A DNA stretch of 32,000 nt from Planctomycetales bacterium (GTDB taxonomy: Bacteria > 4484-113 > JAFGCY01). Below, one piece after another: positions 1-5,653 of the stretch. The position numbers were made by a program, and so were the translations under genes. Under the pieces are notes generated by a model. It was given only the letters and a program-made list of their open reading frames with translations, did no database searches and was not told the DNA's origin. Location: positions 960,001 to 992,000 of the forward strand of contig CP060262.1 of the NCBI GenBank assembly GCA_022646745.1. Direction: 5' to 3'. Position 1 is the stretch's first letter; each line of letters begins with the position of its first letter.

Positions 1-1
1 C

Positions 2-643
2 TGGGCGATGGAATACGGCCACCTGGCGCAGGACCCGGTGCCGGCTGAACTGGCAACGCAGCGCGGGCTGGACCTGCCGCATGCGCTGACCCAGGGTGAA
101 GTGCAGGCAATCCTCGATGCCACGCGCGGGCTGGATCCACTTTCCGTCCGTGACTCCGCGATGCTTGAGACCCTCTACGCCTCTGGGATGCGGGTCAGCG
201 AACTGACAACGCTGCGCCTGGCCGACCTGCACCTGCCGGAGGGTTTCGCGATCGTGACCGGCAAGGGCAGCAAGCAGCGCCTGGTACCGCTTGGGCATTA
301 CGCGATCGAGGGCCTGAAGGCCTATATCGGCCCCGTGCGGGAGTCGATCTGTCCGACAGCGCCCCTGCATCCGGAGGTGTTCCTCACCCGGCGCGGGGCG
401 ATCAGCCGCTCGATGGTGTTCCGGCTGGTACAGAAGTACGCCCTGCTGGCCGGGGTGAAGAGCCATGTCTCGCCGCATACCTTCCGCCATTCCTGTGCCA
501 GCCATATGCTGGAGGGTGGCGCGGACCTGCGCCTGGTGCAGGAACTGCTGGGACATTCCAGCCTGACCACCACGCAGATCTACACGCATATCGACAAGCG
601 GCGGCTGCGGGAGGTCTACGACCGCGCCCATCCCCACGCGTGA
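2..643 (+). CDS. xerD: Tyrosine site-specific recombinase, XerD/XerC family, C-terminal catalytic part (5' end lies outside the window)
   Basis: The frame is open from base 2 (WAMEYGH...). Motifs seen: SVRDSAMLETLYASGMRVSEL, GKGSKQRLVPLG, HTFRHSCASHMLEGGADLRLVQELLGHSSLTTTQIYTHI. These supply the catalytic R...H-x-x-R...H...Y set and closely resemble E. coli XerD. Stop TGA at 641-643. Confidence 0.85.
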   Translation, partial: WAMEYGHLAQDPVPAELATQRGLDLPHALTQGEVQAILDATRGLDPLSVRDSAMLETLYASGMRVSELTTLRLADLHLPEGFAIVTGKGSKQRLVPLGHYAIEGLKAYIGPVRESICPTAPLHPEVFLTRRGAISRSMVFRLVQKYALLAGVKSHVSPHTFRHSCASHMLEGGADLRLVQELLGHSSLTTTQIYTHIDKRRLREVYDRAHPHA

Positions 644-671
644 AACGATTTCATGCACCCGGCCGGCCTGG

Positions 672-1001
672 GTTGTCAACACGCAGCAGCCTGACAGGTT
701 GATAAGTCCGCTATCCACTGTTGACAATCTGTGCGCCGGATTGCTTTTGGGAATTTTCCGGGACAGCCCACGCAGCTGCCGGATGTCCGCCAGGCCTGGT
801 ATCCCCGTATGCCCTGTCCCGGACTGGCCCCAGGGAGATGGCAACCAGCCACATGCCCGTCAGTTGTGCCGATCTATCAACCAGTCAGGTTGACAACACA
901 GTCCCGTGGTTGATAAGTGAAGGAAATCCAGGGAATTTCAGAAATTACCCGGATTTCTTATTGACAACGGCTTGCTGGGGGAGTATCATCACATTGTCAA
1001 G
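672..1001. promoter_or_regulatory. Cluster of 9-bp palindromic boxes GTTGWCAAC (putative operator array)
   Basis: Boxes: GTTGTCAAC 672-680, GTTGACAAT 720-728, GTTGACAAC 889-897, ATTGACAAC 960-968 (overlaps the -35), ATTGTCAAG 993-1001 (at the predicted transcription start). Two copies of GGTTGATAAGT lie at 697-707 and 908-918. Confidence 0.4.
961..989 (+). promoter_or_regulatory. Near-consensus sigma70-type promoter
   Basis: TTGACA (961-966), exactly 17 nt spacer, TATCAT (984-989). The predicted start is about 996. An AT-rich consensus match is conspicuous in a GC-rich genome. Confidence 0.7.
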
Positions 1002-1416
1002 GCAGTGATGCTGATGGCGGAAACGCCGGAGTCACCGCCCTCCAGCGAGGCCCCCGGGTCGCGCTGGGGCAAGACAGGCATGCGGTTGGCAACAACCTCG
1101 TGCATCCCGCGGTGGCCTGTCCACCGTCGGGGAAGAGGCGGCTTCTGGGTGGCAACACCCAACTGGCCAGCCTGGGACCGCGCCGCAAGGCAGGTCCATG
1201 GCATGCCGGGACGCCTGGTGGCAACACCGGGCGGGTGCAGTGGCAACACCGCACTCCCGAGATGGTTAGGCTTCGGTTTAACCGGAATGCCGCAGGCCGG
1301 CGGCAACGGTGGCAACACCGATGCTGACGACCAAACCGACAGCGGGTTCGCCCGCTGTCACCCCCGCCCCGTGCGGGGGCCGAAGCCCGGAGCAATCCGG
1401 GCTTCACTATTTTCTT
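996..1416 (+). ncRNA. Candidate novel ~420-nt highly structured RNA with reiterated GCAA-tetraloop hairpins
   Basis: Bounded by the promoter at 961-989 and the terminator at 1382-1416. There are eleven local hairpins. Six carry GCAA loops (1084-1097, 1147-1160, 1175-1197, 1214-1231, 1235-1254, 1307-1320). One carries GAAA (1016-1027). Two carry UUCG (1264-1283, 1338-1359). These loop classes appear only when the + strand is read. The only ORF here (972-1421) is W/R/P-rich and merely translates the repeat. Confidence 0.6.
1382..1416 (+). terminator. Rho-independent terminator
   Basis: 9-bp perfect stem GAAGCCCGG (1382-1390) / CCGGGCTTC (1397-1405) with a 6-nt loop, followed by ACTATTTTCTT. 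Confidence 0.75.
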
Positions 1417-1439
1417 GCTGATTCGCCCGAGGGCTCATC

Positions 1440-1550
1440 GGTCTGGCGCTGCGGCTGCGCATTCGCGCATCCGGGTCGCGCGGAAGTTGCGGGGTTCGGC
1501 GGTCTGGCGCTGCAATCCGGCTAAGCCGGATTGGGTCGCGCTGAAGTTAC
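1440..1550 (+). repeat. Two tandem ~60-nt modules
   Basis: GGTCTGGCGCTGC occurs at 1440-1452 and 1501-1513. GGGTCGCGC(G/T)GAAGTT(G/A)C occurs at 1473-1490 and 1533-1550. Each module encloses a different internal hairpin: TGCGC-ATTC-GCGCA versus AATCCGGC-TAA-GCCGGATT. Looser copies of the 18-mer lie at 1713-1730 and 1779-1796. Confidence 0.65.
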
Positions 1551-1823
1551 TGGAGGCCAGATGTCAATCTGGCAATATCTTCAAGCGAAAACTCTCCTGT
1601 TTGTGCTATCAGCGATTGGCTAAGCCATGAGCTGTATTGCAGACCGTCGAGTGCTCGCACGAGACGGAAAGAGAATACGGCCTGGGCCTGCGCTGGCGCT
1701 ATCACTGCCAGCGGGTCGGCCGGAAGAAACATCGCTGCCCCTGAAGGTGCATCGCGCAATCAGTCAGGCCGAAGGCGTGATCGGCCTGAAGTTGCGTACT
1801 TCTGCAATGACAAGTAGAGACTT

Positions 1824-1998
1824 GTAGCGGTGGCGCCTTGCGCTAATTGAAAGGGCATCTCCCGAAGTTTCCTTGCCGAGAACTACATTTCCCTTGGATT
1901 GGAGTTGAACGGGACAAGAACCTGGCCACATTGATTTGAGCCATCAGCTTCGCAACCCGTAACTGTCACTTCCAGTTGGCGCCAGGCGCCACCGCTAC
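1824..1998. repeat. Perfect 14-bp inverted repeat enclosing a ~147-bp AT-richer core
   Basis: GTAGCGGTGGCGCC at 1824-1837 is the exact reverse complement of GGCGCCACCGCTAC at 1985-1998. Confidence 0.7.
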
Positions 1999-2022
1999 CC
2001 AGACTAATCGGACCATCCCTGT

Positions 2023-2127
2023 TGCCTTCTGCCTTCTGCCTACTGCCTACTGCCTTCTGCCTTCTTACCTCTGCCAGTCGTTGTCAGACTTTCGTCTGAC
2101 CTCCCTCTGCCACTGCCCACTGCCCAC
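2023..2127. repeat. Heptanucleotide tandem repeats flanking a 7-bp hairpin
   Basis: TGCCTTC x2, TGCCTAC x2 and TGCCTTC x2, then two degenerate units (2023-2078). Hairpin GTCAGAC-TTTC-GTCTGAC at 2083-2100. TGCCAC then TGCCCAC x2 at 2108-2127. Confidence 0.85.
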
Positions 2128-2130
2128 TCG

Positions 2131-3453
2131 CTAGGGCATCCACAGCATGATCCCCTCGTTCGTCAGCACGATGCACTGCTGTCCCTGCTCGGTGTCCAGC
2201 ACGACTGAGCCCTGGATGGTGCCTACCGGTCGGCTGCCGGCCCTTTCGTTCCCGGCTGCGTCGAACACGCGCATGCCGTGGTCATTGCCATAACCACCTG
2301 GCGTCACAAGCATGAATGGACGCAGGGTGCCAGGCGGCCGGTAGGGTTCGACCTGGCAGCCGTCCATGTCCCGGCTCCAGTTCAGCTTGAAGGCGGTTTC
2401 GCCACCCAGCACTGAATCGGTCCAGCCTCCGGTCCAGATCAGGTCGCTGCAAGCATCACCACTGATGTCAAAGGCAGCCAGCAGCTCCCTGTCCGGCAGG
2501 CCAAGCCCGGTAATGGACTGGCCGAACCCCAGGGAAACCAGGCTGATTGCCTGCTGGTCCCATTCAAGCACTTCCGCAAGGCCGTCACCGTCCACGTCGC
2601 CAAATCCACGGAATGACAGGCTGCGGCCCTGTCTCAGCTCTGCATTGCCGCTTATCACCTGCCGCTCTGATCCAAGCAGCACGTAGCCTGTGCGCGACTC
2701 ATCAAGGCAAAGCAGGTCCTCCAGCCCATCGCCGTCAAAGTCCGCCGGGGGCCAGTTCAACAGCGGATGGCAGGCCGGCCTGAGCTGGCGGGCGATCCCG
2801 GCGTTGTCAACGGTGAATCCGCCGGAGGGATGGTCCAGCACAAGCAGGTCTCGTCCGTCACCATCCGGGTCCCAGCCGTACAGCAGCCGCGCCCTGCCAT
2901 CCTGCCCACGTTGCGGGCTGATGCTGCCATAGACCTGCCAGCTGGTGGGATTGATCCAGCTAAGGAGCATGCGTTGCTGGTTCAGTACGATGATTTCCGC
3001 TTCGCCGTTGCCATTCGTATCCGCCAGGCAGATTGATGCTGAGTCAGCGAATTCGAGGGAATTGAGCCGGCGGCGCATCAGCCAGTTCCAGCCGCGCTTC
3101 AATTCCGCAGGGGCCTGTCCTTCATCAATGGCACTGTCCCGAGACTTGAAATGGAAGTCATCTGCCCTCCCATCCTGCAACTCCGGACGCTGATTGGCGA
3201 AATCCTGTGGAGCTGCAGGCTCCTCCTCAACAGGCTGGCGCACTTCCGGCTTCCACACCTCTTCCTGATACGGATGCACTTCTTCAACGGCACGGATCTC
3301 CGTCCCACCGAGGCCATGGAAGATGATCAACCAGAGCATGGCGACCAGCAGCATGGAACCGCCGCAGCCGTATGTCACCATGTCCGGAATCAACTGCGGG
3401 ATGTCCTCCGGCCGGGGTGGCTGTCCATTGCCTTCCGTGCGCCATCCGCTCAC
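2131..3453 (-). CDS. Membrane-anchored FG-GAP/VCBS-repeat (integrin-alpha-like beta-propeller) protein
   Basis: 440-aa ORF with an N-terminal hydrophobic helix (GGSMLLVAMLWLIIFHG). Repeated Ca-binding-like DxDGDG motifs: DTNGNGEAEII, DPDGDGRDLLV, DFDGDGLEDLL, DVDGDGLAEVL. The GTG start overlaps the upstream stop by 4 nt (GTGA at 3450-3453). Confidence 0.8.
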   Translation of the reverse strand: MSGWRTEGNGQPPRPEDIPQLIPDMVTYGCGGSMLLVAMLWLIIFHGLGGTEIRAVEEVHPYQEEVWKPEVRQPVEEEPAAPQDFANQRPELQDGRADDFHFKSRDSAIDEGQAPAELKRGWNWLMRRRLNSLEFADSASICLADTNGNGEAEIIVLNQQRMLLSWINPTSWQVYGSISPQRGQDGRARLLYGWDPDGDGRDLLVLDHPSGGFTVDNAGIARQLRPACHPLLNWPPADFDGDGLEDLLCLDESRTGYVLLGSERQVISGNAELRQGRSLSFRGFGDVDGDGLAEVLEWDQQAISLVSLGFGQSITGLGLPDRELLAAFDISGDACSDLIWTGGWTDSVLGGETAFKLNWSRDMDGCQVEPYRPPGTLRPFMLVTPGGYGNDHGMRVFDAAGNERAGSRPVGTIQGSVVLDTEQGQQCIVLTNEGIMLWMP

Positions 3454-4670
3454 GGATACACCAGCACCTTGTCAAAGGCGCAGACAACCAGGTGTTCCAC
3501 GCCGTCGGCATCCGCCACGACCTCAAGCCCGGTGCAGTACTTCTCCAGTGCTTCGTGGTATTCCACGCTGCCCAGCGGGCCATAGGCCACCAGTTCGGTG
3601 CCCATCTCGGCCTCCGGCACGGTCCACATCGACTTCCGGCCGTCGCCATCATGGTCGAACACCGCCAGCGGGATGCGGTACAGCCACATGTCGCTGAACA
3701 TGCTGCCCTCGCCCGGGTTCTGCAGCTCGCGGACGCGGCCCTCGGTATGCTCGTAGAAGTAGTCGCCCCAGCTCGGCAGCAGTTCTGTCACGCCGTCGCC
3801 ATCGATGTCCGCCACCATCTCGAACATCGGCCCCATCGTCATCAGCGGATCATCAGGCAGGGTCAGGCTGCTGCGCTTGCCGTCCACGTGCACGATCATC
3901 TTCACCGGACCGTCGCCGAACAGCACCGAATAGCGTCCGTCGCCGTCCATGTCCACCAGCAGGCAGTCCTGCTGGAACACCCCGTCGCTGTCACCGTCGC
4001 TGTTGGCAATGCTGAGCAGCTCGGTTCCGCCCTGGTTGTACAGCTTGCAGTGCGAGTAGTCCTGCTCATGCAGCAGCAGTTCCATGTCGCCGTCCCCGTC
4101 GCAGTCCGCCGTGGCGCGCCAGTCAGGCAGCAGCATGCCCTCGAAGGTATGCAGCGAGTTCATGTCGAAGTCAGCCACGTAGGTGCGCGGGGTGCTGCCG
4201 TCCTCGTCGTCATACACCACGTCGTCGCAGCCGTCCCCGTCGAAGTCCCAGAACTCCACGCTTTCGTTGTCAATCTCGGGCATCCAGTGGTGGCGGCGCA
4301 CCATCTTGCCATCCAGGCTGACGATGTCCACATCAGCATCGCCGGAACTGTCCCAGAACACCAGCTCGCGCAGCCCGTCGCCGTCGGCATCGACGCTGCG
4401 CATGTAGGTCACGGGTACGAAGATGTTGGTCGGGTGGTAGTCCAGCTCGCGCCAGGCCAGCTGGCTGCCGCTGAGCATGCCGGCCTCGCGCACCTCCGGC
4501 CGCATTTCGTCCACCGCACGCTGGATGCTCCAGGCCATCAGGCCGATCAGCACCACGATGAGCACCAGGCAGCTGCCGCAGCCCACCAGCCAGGGCGTGT
4601 AGTTCGCCTTCGGCTTCTGGTACACCGGCGGCGTGTAGCGCACCGGATCGTGGTAGCTCCCTTGGTTCAT
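3450..4670 (-). CDS. Membrane-anchored FG-GAP/VCBS-repeat protein, paralog of the downstream gene
   Basis: 406-aa ORF with a TM helix (WLVGCGSCLVLIVVLIGLMAW). Six DxDGDG-type repeats: DADGDGLRELV, DFDGDGCDDVV, DCDGDGDMELL, DMDGDGRYSVL, DIDGDGVTELL, DHDGDGRKSMW. GGGGGAG Shine-Dalgarno 5 nt upstream of the ATG at 4670. Confidence 0.8.
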   Translation of the reverse strand: MNQGSYHDPVRYTPPVYQKPKANYTPWLVGCGSCLVLIVVLIGLMAWSIQRAVDEMRPEVREAGMLSGSQLAWRELDYHPTNIFVPVTYMRSVDADGDGLRELVFWDSSGDADVDIVSLDGKMVRRHHWMPEIDNESVEFWDFDGDGCDDVVYDDEDGSTPRTYVADFDMNSLHTFEGMLLPDWRATADCDGDGDMELLLHEQDYSHCKLYNQGGTELLSIANSDGDSDGVFQQDCLLVDMDGDGRYSVLFGDGPVKMIVHVDGKRSSLTLPDDPLMTMGPMFEMVADIDGDGVTELLPSWGDYFYEHTEGRVRELQNPGEGSMFSDMWLYRIPLAVFDHDGDGRKSMWTVPEAEMGTELVAYGPLGSVEYHEALEKYCTGLEVVADADGVEHLVVCAFDKVLVYP

Positions 4671-4712
4671 GGCTGCTCCCCCTTGCGGGTCTGCCTCAAA
4701 TATATCAGCAGC

Positions 4713-5021
4713 CTAGCCGAAGATCAGCGTGCCGATCAGGTTGGCGACCGCCGCAGTGCCGCCGATGATCCAGGCCGGCTTCCAGTCGCAGCTCAGCACC
4801 ATCTTGGCGGCGAAGGCCGTACCGAGGAACAGCACCGCTGCGCCAAAGGCAGCTGACAGGAATGGTACGAACAGCAGCGGGGAAAGCAGGATGCCGAGGA
4901 TCAGCATCACCACGAAGCTGACGATGGCGACCACCAGGCAGCGCCAGATGTCCACGTATTCCAGCTCTGCAATCGAAGCGCCGATGTAGATCATCACCAC
5001 ATGTCCAATGAAGAAGAGCAC
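4713..5021 (-). CDS. Small polytopic membrane protein (hypothetical)
   Basis: Strongly hydrophobic ORF with 3-4 predicted helices. The preferred start is the GTG at 5021, preceded by AGGGGG plus 6 nt. The ORF track's longer start is at 5069. It lies 42 nt upstream of the FG-GAP gene on the same strand. Confidence 0.6.
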   Translation of the reverse strand: MLFFIGHVVMIYIGASIAELEYVDIWRCLVVAIVSFVVMLILGILLSPLLFVPFLSAAFGAAVLFLGTAFAAKMVLSCDWKPAWIIGGTAAVANLIGTLIFG

Positions 5022-5077
5022 AGCTGACCCCCTTGTCAGTAACGCTGGTTGGACGCAGGACGGCTGCACGCGGTTTC

Positions 5078-5653
5078 ATGGAGGGCGCTGCCTCGTTGCG
5101 CTATGATCTATCCGTGCAGCGGGTGCCATACTCCCTGATCAGCGCGGTGCAGGACCTGCACGAGATGTACACGCGCAGCTCGCCGGCCGGCCCCTTCCGG
5201 CTGGAACTGTTCCATGACGCGCTGCCCCGTGACCCGAAATGGCCCGCCCCCGTTGCCGCCTCCGCCACGCATATCGACGCCCTGATCCGCGCGATCTCCT
5301 GCCTGCTTGGCAATAACCTGGCGGAAGGTGCGCTGCCAGTGATCGCCGCGCTGTGGAAGGCGGTGCTCAGGCTGTCCGGTGAGATGCACAGCGACGTGCA
5401 GCCGACTGCGGAGTACTACCGCTTCCTGAGCTATGAGATGATCCGGCCGCCGGGCGACCCCTCGCAGCTGGCCTACCGCATGTTCGGCGAGGTGCTGGCT
5501 GCCTACCTGTTCGTGCTGGCGGATGCCACTCAGCTGCAGGTGCCGAGCCTGCGCTCACGAGTGGAGAAGCTGCGCCGGCAGATCGTTCAGAACGGGGAGC
5601 TGCCGGTGGAATCCGGCTCCGGCGGTGCACTCTCGGAGGACGCCGGGGCCTGA
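5078..5653 (+). CDS. Hypothetical protein
   Basis: This is the only long ORF across this interval. It has a GC3-rich codon pattern like its neighbours and a balanced amino-acid composition. The start is uncertain: ATG 5078 is preferred, TTG 5033 is possible. I recognised no motif. Confidence 0.55.
   Translation: MEGAASLRYDLSVQRVPYSLISAVQDLHEMYTRSSPAGPFRLELFHDALPRDPKWPAPVAASATHIDALIRAISCLLGNNLAEGALPVIAALWKAVLRLSGEMHSDVQPTAEYYRFLSYEMIRPPGDPSQLAYRMFGEVLAAYLFVLADATQLQVPSLRSRVEKLRRQIVQNGELPVESGSGGALSEDAGA

Noticed and set aside
891-918. Second upstream promoter using TTGACA at 891-896
   Set aside because: The best downstream hexamer at 16-17 nt spacing (ATAAGT) matches TATAAT at only 2 of 6 positions.
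660-1000. Replication origin (DnaA boxes) or a dif site next to xerD
   Set aside because: Only weak matches to TTATCCACA are present (CTATCCACT at 710-718). There is no AT-rich unwinding element, no dnaA/dnaN nearby, and nothing resembling the 28-bp dif consensus.
996-1416. Identity with RNase P RNA, tmRNA, SRP RNA or 6S RNA
   Set aside because: By eye there is no GGAAAGUCC/ACAGAA P4 core, no tRNA-like 3' end or tag-peptide frame ending in a stop, no SRP domain-IV GGAA hairpin with symmetric loops, and the size and shape do not fit 6S. This is only a visual check, and cmscan is still needed.
972-1421. 149-aa ORF covering the structured-RNA region, considered as a protein gene
   Set aside because: Its TTG start lies inside the promoter spacer. 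The composition is W/R/P/G-rich and non-protein-like. The apparent VATP/GNT repeats are just translations of the GGCAACACC hairpins, and the ORF ends inside the terminator U-tract.
1440-1800. CRISPR array
   Set aside because: There are only two clear tandem units. The repeats are split into two flanks around a variable hairpin rather than arranged as repeat-spacer units, periodicity is lost afterwards, and there are no cas genes.
1824-1998. MITE or IS remnant (also considered for 10358-10700 and 15699-15851)
   Set aside because: The three inverted-repeat pairs share no terminal sequence with each other. No target-site duplication is evident and there is no transposase fragment. They are better described as locus-specific structured elements.
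3372-4856. 494-aa + strand ORF, plus similar long antisense ORFs at 6363-7457, 7478-8467, 10743-12353, 18702-20048 and 22822-24342
   Set aside because: These are typical GC-rich shadow ORFs opposite well-supported genes. Their A/G/R/H/V/Q-rich, low-complexity translations show no motifs.
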